Source: Glycera tridactyla
Lineage: Eukaryota
Direction of reading: 5' to 3'
NCBI GenBank assembly: GCA_965644265.1
Contig: OZ286460.1
Span: 52,824,001 to 52,888,000 of the forward strand
Length of the DNA stretch: 64,000 nucleotides
Below, in pieces: positions 40,356-54,599 of the stretch. The notes beneath the pieces were generated by a model. The model was not told where the DNA came from. It saw nothing but the letters and a program-made list of their open reading frames with translations, and did not search any database. Positions within the stretch are counted from its first letter, which is position 1; the number at the start of each line of letters is the position of its first letter. The position numbers were made by a program, and so were the translations under genes.

Positions 40356-40435
40356 GTGAGTGGGTGAGTGAGTGAGTGAGTGAGGGGGAGTGAGTGAGTG
40401 AGTGAGTGTGGGAGGGAGGGAGGGAGGGAGGGAGG
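40356..40435. repeat. (GTGA)n followed by (GGGA)n microsatellite
   Basis: Seen directly. Confidence 0.93.
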
Positions 40436-41457
40436 TTTCCCTGAACAAGAAAGTGGGTGTGGCCTGTTTCAGAGTGCATGTCAGTTGTTGAGACAAGGAT
40501 CTGAGAATGGAGGTAGCAGCAGAAGCAGCCAATGATGGTGAATGAAGGAAGATGACACGATGGAGCAAAGAGCTCATCTGTCCATCCCACCGGCTGTCAC
40601 ATTTCACCACCATTATCACTTGTTATTGGATCAAGTGGGTGCTGCTAGTGGGTGATGCACCTGTCCTCCTGAGACTTACTTCAGAGCACAACGCCACAAT
40701 CTCCCACGTTCATTCCCTTTTTTTGGCTACAGTAAGAGCTCAAAAATGTGGAAATAATGCAAGAAAATTCAATCCTATTCACAGATCATGAAGTTTAATT
40801 CATTTTCATCACTGATTTCACTATTCACATCATTCAGTGAGCTGCTGAAGAAATTCGAAAAATGCAAAATGATCACAGAAAATATGATCCTTTTTCACAT
40901 ACTTGCCTTCCAACCTCCACCCCCACCCACCCATGATCTCAGCATTACAGTCAGCTACACCTTGCGGAAAGCCATCCTTGTTTTTTCCCACCCACAAATC
41001 ACTTGGTTCCCAGCCTATCATCACTCTGTCTACAGATAGCAATCCATCACACATCCTCCTCCTGGCCTGCTCCACTTTGAGAAGACCAGATGCCCAACCA
41101 TTTCCTGCCAAGTAAGAGGATGATGAACAGGAGCCTGGACTGCCATTCCCTGTGTGATTCAGATGGCAATATAATCTAGCTCAACTTCAAAGATTCAGGT
41201 TCAATGAGGTATGAAGGATTTCAAAGATGCAACAAATTTCCCGATTATTGATTACAAAACCAGATTTTGAAGAGAAAGCGGGCCCTGGTGAACTTATGGG
41301 ACCACTTCCCATACAACCAAGATATGCTTTGTAGGCAAGTTTGACAGTACTGATTTTTTCATTTTTCTCATTCAATATTTTTGGATGCAGACGTAGTCAA
41401 ACAGGAGGCATGTAAGAAAATAAAGTAAAACAAAAAGGGTAGTGAGAATATACTTAC

Positions 41458-41609
41458 TGATAAATGTTGGAAGAGCCATGCTCTCATGATATTTGTGGCA
41501 ACTTTAGGAAAAATGCCTCTTTTCTTTTGTCTTGATTTAGAGTTTGATTCTGAACCATCTTCGTCAGCTGTTCCTTCACCGGAACCAATACTGTTATCAG
41601 CACCATCGT
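41458..41609 (-). CDS. Meis: Meis/homothorax internal coding exon (acidic linker, homeodomain N-terminal arm and helix 1), 152 nt, phase 1 in, phase 0 out
   Basis: Translates (x)[51 protein letters not shown]; [23 protein letters not shown] is the MEIS-class signature. Acceptor TCTTTTTTCTGTGTTTGCAG ends at 41610; donor GTAAGT starts at 41457. Confidence 0.98.
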
Positions 41610-41805
41610 CTGCAAACACAGAAAAAAGACAAGACCAATTAACAACAGAATTCACAGTTGGATCTGTAACCTTCCCAACAGTATGAGTTTCTCTGCATAG
41701 TAGTATTCATAACCTATATGAGGCAGAAACTGATCAGGTTCCTGCGGAATATAAAGAAATGTATTTTTAGTGAATCATGTTGAAGTGCAATCCACAGTTA
41801 CACTA

Positions 41806-41819
41806 CCCCCCCCCCCCCC
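41806..41819. repeat. Poly-C14, about 200 nt upstream of the Meis exon acceptor
   Basis: Seen directly. Confidence 0.9.
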
Positions 41820-44800
41820 AAGCCCATCAAGAGACAACCTGTTTTGGAAATTATCAATAGTAATGAAGTAGCAGTTGGTTATGCACAGATCTGTTGAGTA
41901 GTATTTTTCAATGGATTTTGTGTTTCAGGATCATTGTCAAAATGCAGTATTTTTTGGAAGTATCCCAGTCATTGCCAAAACGAGGTCCAGATCGGGATGA
42001 CAGGAACAACACAAGCAACAGGTTGGAGAGTAACATCGGACACTCATTACATTAATTGCCAATGTACACATTCAACAAAGCCGCCTATTTTCTATTCATT
42101 TGCAAATGCATATATTAGTGAGCCTGTGAGGGCCCGTGATGACTGTCGGATGTTGTGAATACAAACATCCGCTCGTGAGCAGCAGTGAGCACGTGTGAGC
42201 ATCACAAGTCAAGAATAGCTCCCTCTTGTTGCTTGCAGGTTCTAGGCCATGCCCTCTGACAGTTTATATCTCTCAAGACAACACTGAATGCTCCCTTTGA
42301 CAAACATGCATCAGTGATGTAACCATCTGTACGGAAATTAATCATTCCTTGTCAGTAAACACAAAAGTACATGAACAGCAAGAGAACCATGTGGCTGAAA
42401 ACCAAAGGTTTATGAACGAAATAACAGCATTCTCTGAGGTGCGCCTTGCTTCCGATTTCAACACAACCTTCAGTCAGAGAGAACAGAGAAAAACATGCAA
42501 AATTACCTGTAACAAATACTCTATATAACTAACTCATGATAACAGTGAGTCGATTGAAGTCAAGTGTTTTGAAATACTGGATGCTGGATCGCACGGTCCA
42601 TGTTTGCACGTTTGTCAGTACGTACGCCAGGCACGTGACTCTGTGTACAAATGCCTAAGTGTCACCAGGTGTGAAAATGTGACTGCGTAATTCGCACCAA
42701 TCTGGATGGCTCAGTAAGCCAGCCATGTCAAAGCAAATAGTGACTCAGGTTCAGGTTAGCCTTAATCCCAAGTCAAACAAATTCCTACACTGGCGTCGCT
42801 GGTGTCCAGGTCATGATACGCGGCATGCATATCCACATATGCCTATCCAACCAGATATGCATAGAAAATCATCTGAATATCAAGAAATCAACAAAATTTG
42901 TACAATATTATCAAAAAACTGATTTCCACCATTACAAAACTTGTGATTCTGCTCAGGATTAGGTAGTATTCCAGCTATCAATTGTATCAAACCAAGGAAT
43001 GTAACATGGTTGCAAAAAACATCCGACATGTCAACCAATGAATATGGACAGATGAATCGCCAAGAAGTATCAGGCAAATAGCACTACATCTGTCATTGAA
43101 CTGAATACGACAAATTATTGATCTATAAAAACATGCAGATATTCCATGTGAACAAGAATTATTATCTTAAGGTAGAAGTTTCACGATACTCACAGTTTAT
43201 TCGTAGAAAGTCATAGCTTTATCAGAATTATTAGAATTATTATAAATCTGAATACTCTATATATGCGGATTTGCAACATTAATCTGGTCCAAGCAATACG
43301 TGGAACTGTATCGATTTCAAGGCAGGTTACAGACGGGGCAGTTACAAACATGGGATATTCATGCCAAATAAGGTTAGGTCAAGCTGGCGAAATGGTAAGC
43401 AAATAGTCGGCAGTGCGAGGGTGTGTTGATGCACTCTTTGCCGATGCTACTCTCTTGTTTGATGTGTCAACACAGAGTAAATGCATCCAATTCACACGCT
43501 GTTATTCCAAACAGTTAACTTGGCTTTTGGGCTGCAAATAAATTTGAATGCTGTTTGCTTTGCGACATATTAGATTTCGCTTATATCCATTTAGGGTGCC
43601 CTCTGCCAACACACCGTATTTGCACTCATGCTAACAGCTCAGAATATCAATTCTGGATACATTCTATCAAGAGCCCCGAACCTTGCTAATGCTCCACTCA
43701 AATGCACATAAAGTTACATTCTGATGTGGAAGTCCTCTCGCCAGTGAGATATTTACAAGATGATGTGAATCTCAAGTTGTTGATGAGATTGTGATGCATG
43801 ATTGAAACGAAATACCTCTCTATATTTAGAGTTCATCTTCACGCTCACAAATAATGAACTGAGTGTGGACGAAATGCAAAACTCTGCATAGCACTGATAG
43901 CAAAGCCAACCGCCTATCAGAAGGCAGTGTGGTAATGACGACAAATTCTGCCCAACATTTTTGTCTATTTGTTTTAATCCGTTCCAGCTCACTTGTTTCA
44001 TTTCTGAGCTAATTAAGAGGGGCGCTTCTGATGACTGCTTTAATTCCCCATAAGGCGGAGAAAAATTGTATCGCTTTCCAGTCGAAATAGTTGCACTTGG
44101 ACTATGCTACTAGGCAGGGGAGTACCATGAACACCTGCAAAACATCATTTTCTATGCTGATGATTCCTTCATAATAAATTTCCAACACTTAGCACAAGCT
44201 TCCAAGCCTGAGAATGTTTACCTAGTTATATTATGCATTGTTCTGCTCATCATGAATTCAATTTAGGCATCATGATATTTTTCATGAGATTTTCCATTAT
44301 TAGTGATGAAAACGGGCACTCAAATATTACCCACCTCTACCCCAATAAATTTTCAAAAGTTGCATACAGCAAATATATAGCAAGTTTGAAGATTTAAAAT
44401 TTCAGTTTTGATTTACTTCTGAATCCATGAAATGCCCTGAACATTGTCAATACTGGTCTGTAAATAGGTTCATGCCACACCAGCAGGGAGTATGCATGCA
44501 CGAATGCACATACGGATGCACATGGATGTATGGGATGCACCTTGCGGCTGTACTCCTGTCAGTTATGGCCGCATCCCTGTGATCATCATCACCAACATTT
44601 GATGTGACCCGTGACTTCATACGCTTGCAGTTACGACCAACACAAACACATTAAATTCATACCTTTAATGCTCTGGCTGTAAACCCATCTCAAAGGTAGC
44701 GGAACTCCAGTTTGGAGGAGCTGACATGTGTCAGATAATTTGATACATAAGTGTGGTCGGAAATCACTGCCGGCTATTACGGTACCATGATTTTCACTGC

Positions 44801-45735
44801 TCATTTATAGGTCTATACCAGGGGCCAGGCACGTGTCACATCCTGAGAACTAACGGAACCAGCCTGCAGGCTTCATTTTGTCATTTTAATAGTGCCATGA
44901 ATATATCAGAAATCAGAATCATCTCAGTATGAAATTCTGTTATCCGTTACGTAATCATTTACTCAAAAAATGATTAGATTAGGGTAAGGAAAGGGAGTTA
45001 GAGGATATGCTCTTCCCAAAAAATTATGATACAGCCTCCTACTACTTGTGAGCTACCTGAAAAAAAGAATATGGGTTCTAACTTGGGATATTTCAGGACC
45101 TCAATCATACTGAAGGGTCTGCACAGACCTGGAGGAAGTAGACGGGGACAGGGAGGTGGAGGTGGCGGTGATATACTAAAAAGCTAATTTGCATCAACGC
45201 CCACAGTTGGAGGTAGAAAATTCAGTTATCCAGAACCACCCCTCATCCTCTCCGAATGAACGAGCCATTCTTCACAACCTGAAGACCCAAATAGCGGCCA
45301 CCAACCCTTTGCACACTACAACACCACCACATGGAACTTGACTCATTTTCTCCCCATTTCCATCCATTTGGATCAATCAACATCCAGAATATCTACATCA
45401 AAATGCAACTCATTCAAGTGTCTTTTTCAGATTGACTTTCAGTGTTGAATTTCCATCAACTGTCTATGATTTGTTTGAGTTTATTTGGGGATAATTCGAG
45501 ATGAACCGAGAAATGTCCAATCCCTATCGATGCTCCAATCATGAATCCACTCAAAGTGGGTGATATGCACTAGCTATTTCAAAAAGCAGCACTGCAGCAA
45601 CATCATCATTTGTGAGTGGAATCCAGTGATGAAGTGGAGAGCTCGACTGCAGTTTCTGATTCTTGATGAGGAAATGAAAAGTAATGCAGTATTTCGAAGA
45701 TCATTTCATGCTCTGAATGCTTTTATTCACATCCA

Positions 45736-45756
45736 CCCCCCCCCCCTCCCCCCCCC
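45736..45756. repeat. Interrupted poly-C run
   Basis: Seen directly. Confidence 0.9.
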
Positions 45757-48700
45757 ACGTTGATAATCCCTCCCCAGGAAAGATACCACCCATGGTGCAT
45801 GCAGCTGACACCATGGCGAGATGAAGAAATGAAAGTTGGCGGTGGACATCCCACTAAGATGAGAAAGTCAAGTTAGCATGTGGAGGGCAAAGGCTTCAGA
45901 GATGATGTACAAGCTGAAATTATCCCTTACCAATCCATATCCCCAGGTCAAATCATATGAAAAATACACAGTGAGCGTTACAAATTCTCAAAGTAGACAA
46001 ATTGAACCTTCTGAATGTAAGATTTCAAACTATAAGAAACAACAAAATAAGCAAAAATAGATAAAATTATATGGTTGGATTTTCACAAGTGGTGCTAGCA
46101 GTTGCCCAGCATGGGGCAATACCATTTACCTAGTGACCTTTCCAATGAAGAGTCGGGGGAACTGAATATAGGTAGCAGACATGCAAGGCCATTGTCACCT
46201 GCACTAGACCAACCTACAGGAATCACCCCTGTACCGCACAGAGGGCAACACTTCTCACCCTCACCTGCACCCCAATCTTTACTCTAAAGCAAACAATTCA
46301 ATCTAGAACTGTGATAACATTGATGGTAGGAGCAATTCAAATGTGGACAAAAAACACAGAGGGGGATGTACAAAGCAGCGTTAAAAGGGCATGCTTATCA
46401 CAAATCTTTGCCGGAACTATTCCTAACTGCTGCAGTCAAAGGTGTAATTAAGTCGTGCCAAGTGATCACAGAACGTCCCCAGTTGATAAACCGTCCTCGA
46501 TGATTGTAATGATTGCGGCCAGACCCACGACACACCCATTCCTACCTCACTCCTTCTAATTTCAATAATGACTAGCAAAGTGAATTTGTTATTTCCTTTC
46601 AAATGGCACATAAACCTGAGTAAACAGAGATGTGCCTTTGCAGATGCAGTCATCCTTTCCCTCCGTCAGTGCAGTCCCTCACCTGGCTCATCAATCCAAG
46701 CTGTGATGACATTTTCACATTATTGTCATCATGTTGAAAAGTTTCAATTTTACTATTTTTCTGTTCAGCAATATATTGGAGGTGGAAACAGGAATTCTGA
46801 TCTCAGATGTAGGTCAACATTTTTCCCTTGAGCTACAATCTTCATTGGAAGAATTGATGAAAAGACACATATGGGTGGTCCGGATGAGATCACCAAAATG
46901 AGAACTTCCCCATTTATCTGTGAGTCATACTGGAAGGTGTGACATCATCATGAAGTCAAACCAGCAAAATTAGACTGTCCTTACACACTATTTTGCGGAG
47001 TATATTTCTGGGGAGTGACAAATTCACTCATGCACATGCACACACTTGCATGCATGTACATGCCCTCACAGGTGCATCACCCACACATCCACACAAAGAC
47101 ATGTATCATCCACCACAAACAAACATACCAGGTCTCTCATACCATAGATGCTACCATCTATGCTCATACATTTTCAATGAACCAGCTTTCGAATCATCTA
47201 AATGCTGGATGAAAAAACGGTAACATTTACCTATAAATGTCAAATTGGAGTAACACACGTCACTCCACCGCAGCGAATCAACAACACAAAAATCATATTT
47301 ATTTAGCGCAGAGTGTATCTTTTCAAACAGTTTAAAGGGCCAGGCATATGACGAAACATATTTGGGTGCAAGCATCCCACCGTATTTTGTAATCAAATTT
47401 TTAATTGAGCCATCTGATGAAAAAGTCAAATCTAAATGGGAATTGTGAATTTAGAGGACATAATCACTTGTCAGCTATTATGTGATGCTTTAACACATGA
47501 TGCACTGAGCATCCACCAACAAAAAATGTATCTATTTTTTTTCTGAATACTACAGTTAATAGACCAATTTCCTAGCATGCGGATGGACGTATAATGAGGC
47601 TCGGATCACAATTCTGACATTCGCTCAACCAACCTTCCATGTGAGTTATTTTTGTCATGAAACAGTCATGACAAAAGTGGGTCATGGAAAATGAAAGATG
47701 GCCGAGGATGGTGATAATTATGGGTGTGGATAAATGGTGTTATCATTGAGGTTCATCGGTAAGACGTTTTGAGGTAGGCTTTGGCAGGCAGATCATGACT
47801 TGCAAAGAGATCATGACTCTCTTTCACAGATATTCAATCTGCATGTGATACCATGACAAAAATATATCATGATCATCTAGCCAAGCTTTCATTAAATGAC
47901 ACCTCTTTCATTCATCAACCCCAATCCATGCATATTGTGGTATCATTTGAACTACTTTTTTCATCTATCTCACACTGTGATTTACTGCCAATGTGAGGTA
48001 AAGCAACGACCGAAAAACATTAAAAAGCCCAAAAGGTGTATCATCCGTTTGTGTCTAATCATGAAGCAGAATAACCTCATATCACAGATTCAACACCATT
48101 CTAAACGGATATACGAGTTGATACAAGAAATTCGTCATGAAAACAAGCATCTGTGAGTTTCATCATTTTCACATATTTAGGGTAACTGCTGATGTGACAA
48201 CAGTCAAATATATGTCTGGATAGAGAGACACACTGCGATTCACACCAGATTTTGTTCCTGCCCACATAATCCCCGAACCGGCTACATGACAGGGCCAGTC
48301 AGCGTGAATATCCAAGATAACCAATTATTGTGTCAATGGTCACTGCTATTATCCCTCGACTCCCAATCGCTGCTCAATTGTGAGCCCCTAACATCATCAC
48401 GGGGCCATACCATGCAAATTATCGCCCACTTTTGGGTAGCAACATCGTATGAAGAACGTCAACGTAGTAACCAAACAGGACACAATATTAGATATAATAA
48501 CAGCCTGAGCCTATTATTTTGATCAGATATTAACATTGTGGAGCCAGTAACAGTAATTTTAATTGGAAGTGTGCTGTCTGAACTGCCGAAATTGTGGCAT
48601 GTCACCCAGATGGGAGTGGTTATAAGCAGCAAATGGAGTCGGTTTATTGGAGCGAATTATATATGTGAAACTGGAGCAGATAAAGCTTGTTGATTTACAT

Positions 48701-49881
48701 ATATATTAAAACTGTTCATACCGCTGACAAACATTGCCAACTTCTGTATGAAATATGATAGCGATATATTTCTCAAAGGGATCATGCATCTCGGGTTTGT
48801 GAAGTGGAGGTGATCAGAAAATAGATGTCTGTCTCTATCATCTCTAAGCCACTCTGTTTTACATGTGTGCAAATGTGCAAGTGTGTGTGTATCTGTAAAA
48901 AAAATGCACCTGAATTTGAATTCAATATTCGGGGCACAATTGTGTCTCCGGGATCAGAGGCCACGTCAGATCCTCCCAATCTACGTTTCACGCCTTCTGG
49001 ATGTCTGCATCAACCAAACTTCCCCAGAAAAGAATATGCTTTATCACGCTGAATCTCTAGCACAACAGAATTGCAGATGTCATTGATATTTTCATCTCCT
49101 CTTCATTGGAAATACTGAGATTAATTCAGTCTAAGTTATATATAGCTGATCTTAATCAACAGAAATTGTGCATTCGAAAGGTAGGACTACTTTCATGGCC
49201 AAAAATACTGAATACTGGGAAAATGACACAAGTGGTGTCAGGAGTGCTGATGCTTGATTTTGATGAAAGTCACACTAATAATGAAGAGACATATTCCAAG
49301 AATACATGTATAGCTCCCAAAATAAGTCAAGCAGTTGTAATTCATTCAAGAAATTCGCTGAAATTGGGACATTTCAATGTCCACTTGATTAGAGAACACA
49401 GATGGAAGATATGTCAGTTTCCTATAACAACAAAAATGATGAAACTGAAGCCAGCTTTGTGTGTCAACCTTGGACAGTTGGTTACCCGCAGGTCTGTTGT
49501 AACCTAAACCTGCTATTTGCTGCGATCCCATGAAAACCAACATTGTTTGAAGTGAGGTCACACCTTCTGGCAATAACAGTTACACACTAGAGAACATACA
49601 CAAAACTCGCAGGTACAAAAAAAGTCTAATGTGCAGCGTGGAAAGAAGCACTCACTATAAGCTGAAGCTATCAAGAACATATGTGCCAACAGATTGACAC
49701 GTTGGCCATTAACCCTAGCTCCAAATGACCAGAAATTTCTATATTTTGCCTGAAAGTTGAAAATAATATCGAACTTTCAATTTAATATTTGTTCCTTAGT
49801 GCGGGCAGGTGGACATCCACCATTTTTTGCACGACGTTTACGTTGGTTAAATGATCATAAGTGGATGAGATGCATTCTGTA

Positions 49882-50242
49882 NNNNNNNNNNNNNNNNNNN
49901 NNNNNNNNNNNNNNNNNNNNNNNNNNNNNNNNNNNNNNNNNNNNNNNNNNNNNNNNNNNNNNNNNNNNNNNNNNNNNNNNNNNNNNNNNNNNNNNNNNNN
50001 NNNNNNNNNNNNNNNNNNNNNTGTCAGAGACATATTTCCAGATTGTACTGGCAACAGGTCCATGAAATGTGTTCCAAACGCCCAAATTATTTTTTGGCTT
50101 GTATGGGNNNNNNNNNNNNNNNNNNNNNNNNNNNNNNNNNNNNNNNNNNNNNNNNNNNNNNNNNNNNNNNNNNNNNNNNNNNNNNNNNNNNNNNNNNNNN
50201 NNNNNNNNNNNNNNNNNNNNNNNNNNNNNNNNNNNNNNNNNN
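49882..50242. other. Two N gaps (49882-50021 and 50108-50242)
   Basis: Runs of N separated by 86 sequenced bases. Confidence 0.99.
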
Positions 50243-53200
50243 TACCATGAATCATTGCACAATAATAGAATATCATCAATGAATGTGTCAGCCTCTCCAA
50301 AATACCAAATATCTTTTCAGAGCATGGGGTCTCGTCACATCACATGTGAATAAACTCTTCATTACGGGCAGTCAATAGGCAAGGAAAGATCTCAATCCAT
50401 TCAATACAATGACTATTAATGCCTCTGAATCCATCCTGTGTGATATATCCCCCAAAACTTTTAAACAGACAGAAGCAGAAGGCAGAACGATAAATAATAC
50501 AGGAGGGGTTGCACACATATTGTGCCGAGCAAGATGCAAGATGCGTGGAAACCCTCTCTCAAGTATTTCACCATGATTTAATGAGCTGGCATTGAAAGAA
50601 CTTGCTTTTGTCGTCACCCTGCCACCAGATTAACCAGTAACCACCCAAGATAAGATGCTGATCGCTGCACAACCATGCATCAGCTGCTCACAAAATCCAC
50701 TAATGCACATCAGAATTAATATATTCATTATGAATAATGACAAGAGAATTTTAACCATTCTGCAATTCATTCCACTTGCATGGTACTTGGTATGATATTT
50801 CAGAATTGACCAACATATACCCAACTAAAAAAACAAATGGTTCTTCTTATTTCGATACCTACACCTGAGGATGGGTGAGGGTCGCTGAAGACATATATGT
50901 TGATAAATCAAAGTGAAAGCTAGCACCTCTTGATGCAAGATGCTCTAAGAAGTTTAAATGGAAGTAATTAATAATGATCAGAGAGAAGCGAGTGAAGCTC
51001 GATGGTACGGCTTGGTATGGAAATCCGAAAAATATACAGGTATCATCTCATCATTGTAGCTTGAATATCCTCTATGCAATTAGTAGCTGGAAGAAAATCA
51101 TCAGAGATGCACAGTAACCGTCTTTCTTCACTTATTAAATCTGTAAATTTGTCTACGTCATGCAGGCTTATGCAAGGATAAGTTTTATGGCGGATTGAAA
51201 AATACTCTAGTTAAGTTGGCCTATGTGCCCATTTAATGATGAGATACCCTTTTTTATTCTAGAATTGGAGCAAAATTTCAGCCATGTGGGTCATTCAGAC
51301 AACTGTCTAGAATGACCACAAAAGCGTCGCATGCAGACATATGATGTCATGAGGGCATATTTTTCAAAAAGATTGGTCACATAGAGTAAATGCAGTTGTC
51401 AAAACCGAGGGAGATGAGGCCATGCTTGGAAGCTGCTCCTGAGAGGTGATCTAAGGACAATATCTCATTGACTGTATTTGTCTTTGCACCTGAGCCAGAT
51501 TACTGAACATTAATCAAGGCAACATGAACATCGCCTGCCGTTTTCTTCATTGATCACACACCAGGCCCAAGCTTTCATGACAGTCGAAAATCTGCTACAT
51601 CAAGAATATGCTTCCAATATATTTCAAAGTTTCAACTTTCACATTTTTTCTCTCATATCCAATGAAAACAGATAAAGACTTGAAAATATACAGTGTGAAG
51701 GAATCAAACTCACACAGACAGATATTCTGAACAATTAAACTCTGAAGCACCATTCATTTGGGTGTAGGAAGCTTTCAGATGGGTGTGGATGGAAGAAAAC
51801 TAAATGGAGGACATGTTTTACACTATAGAGCAATGCCATGTCATGGCCAAGAGCATACAACTCTTGAATAACCAGGTGAATCAACAGGACCAGCATGTTC
51901 AGTACACAGCAGTCCCTCTGGTGCTCAAAGACAACACTTGCTCAAAAGAAAATTCAGAGAGGACATATAATTGAGATTGCAACTTTCAAAGCCTCCAACA
52001 AAAATGCATTCAACAGTGATGCCATTGAAGTGAGCTGATTGTTTTTTTTAATACATCGGGATTTTCTGAAAATACCTGAACCGAATGTCAACAGTATGTG
52101 ATACAAGACGTATCAGGTTGAAGGAATTATAGCGGTCATGTGAAATCCGTGTTCTCCCATTACACTCATTAATTAGCAGCTAAATGAGCAGCTAACATAC
52201 ATGGAGAACGGCAGTCATAATGCCATCGGCAGACTCCATCCCAGACTCAGATGATAAAGGATGAAATAATCTCTGGGAATTATGACTGATCATGTCTGCT
52301 CTTCTAACCAGTGCAGCCCTGTAACTGATCATCGGGTTTTGAAAACAGCACAGGATGTTTTGCTTTTCAGAACACACCATGATCACATCAGCAGCCGTTC
52401 ATAATAATATCTAAACCTGAATCTGAATGTAAGTGAGCATTTAAGACTTACCCACAGTGAATGTCTTTTTCCTCGGTTTTATAATCAAAATGACAGGGAG
52501 ATGTAACCTTAATTCTAGCCGAGAGATGGGACATGATATTTCACCAGCATGGCAAGCAATCTCGGCTGCATGTTCACATGACCAAGGTGGCCAGTCACAA
52601 GAATTATAAAAGATGTCACAATCTTTTCCGGACCAGCACTTCTAAAATATCACTGAATGGTCAGCAAGAGATATGAGTTGTGAACACGATGCATTGAGGG
52701 AGAAAACTCTGATGAAGCTAATCGGAATACTTGGTGATGCGATGAACTTGAATAGCTCAAATTAGCGCAGTTTTTTTTTCAACACCTTCACACCCAGCAA
52801 AGGTGCCGTTCCACCACCAGGAGATTCTTTGGGACAAATAAATGATGCGCACATGTTTTTTCACATGTGCAGATATTTATTCAGTGTGTGATACATCACA
52901 TGTGATGTCAGAGATCTGTTGTGTTCAGATAGGTTTTTGCAGGGGTTTGACCCTAAGCAGCTGCCCACTGGAGGCAACACTTCAGAGCAGAGCTATCACC
53001 TAGAACAATGCCCAGATTGTGGCATATTGTTTCTGCATGGCTCAACGAGCCAACTTCTCTCTCCTTGCTATGATGGCCTCTCCACTCAAGTGGATGGGTG
53101 GTCAGCGTATCCCTCCTCCTGTGGAAATAGTGCCAGCATCAATACTAGCCTCCACTGACACTGGACAATGGCTCCAAGGATTAGCAGTCCACAGACTTCA

Positions 53201-54599
53201 ACCCAATGTCCATTCTGAATTAATTCACAATTAGGCAAAACAACATGCCCCTATAAAAACTGCATGAGTACACATAGGCATGTGTCCGCTGTCTTTATTC
53301 AAATTCCTATTTCATTTTATTCTCAAAAGGAAAAGTGGTCTACATTCAAATTTCTATGCCATTTCTTTCAAACAGATATGGACGGCAGACCACACAAAGA
53401 TTTTCAATCTTTCAACTCTGCCCGGTATAGCTGAAAAGATGATATGCTGCTCAGACCCCTATAGTACAAGTGTGGAGAGAAATGAAGGTGGAGAATAAAA
53501 GGTCAATAGTGTGAGTGCATTAACTGACAATCTGGGGCGACCATCTCTTGTCCCTCCTCTATTGTCTCATCATTAGCCAAGTGCTGACCAGCCGGCCAAC
53601 CAACTCGCCATCTGCACACATCGGAATTCTCCGTTTCACTTCCATACACTTCACAACCAAACTTGATCCAAATACATGATTTTGAAACTGGGCATAAGAG
53701 AGAATTCCACACAAAAATTATTATCTGATACATATTCACTTCTTAATCTTTATTCCACATTTTGGGAAACTAATATGAACCCAATATGTTGAATGAACAT
53801 GGATGTTGCTCAGCATGACATCTGCGAGCTGGTGAGGAGTGGAGGAGTGGGGATTGGTCATTCACAGAGCCAGGAGTTAAGTGGTGCAGGTTATGAGGGT
53901 AAGCATGGAGAACAATACCAGAGAATAAATCTAATTACTTAGCAGTAATTCGGTAATTTGTTAATTAGTCAAGAGGGTACTGCACAGGTTGGTATAGTTG
54001 GATCCAGACGGCGTTGACTCAAGCCTACTGACTACAGTCACCTCCACACCTTAATCTCTCTCAAATCCTTGGACACTGTTCACGTTTACTCTGCAGATTG
54101 ACAAATTCCCAATCATATTCTCATTACAATGTAAAAAATAAGCATGGAATTACTTACAGGCTATTAGTTATCAAGAATATTCCCATGTGAATAAAAGCGT
54201 GTTGAATATATGTATTGGAAACATATGTCTGCGCAAACGTAAACAAAACTATACACATATATACCATTCACTCCCAACACTAAGAAATCATTCCCAATCT
54301 CATACAATAGTGTGTCAGTTACACAACTGACACAAAATTGATAGATTCGGATCCACGTTAAATAATATTTCAAGGTGCTGCAATATTTTGGATTGAAATT
54401 TCTCGAGAAATGTATCACAGACATACTCAGGTAGATGAAAATATTTGAGTGATGACAGCTTGGCACAGTGTGGGATCGAGATATACAAATAAAATCATAG
54501 ATATAAATAAATAATGACAAATAGTAGGCTGGAGATTTTGCCGAGGAGCATTGTGTTTCCCAGTACAAATCAGAGAGCCTGCCAGAAGAGTTTACTTTA

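Noticed and set aside
41368-41457. Open read-through of the 41457 donor ([10 protein letters not shown]...NIE-stop)
   Set aside because: The donor is full consensus; a 29-codon open stretch is unremarkable and no nearby polyA signal was seen.
54164-54568. 134-aa minus ORF
   Set aside because: AT-rich, Y/I/F-biased random-like composition; no motifs or splice support.
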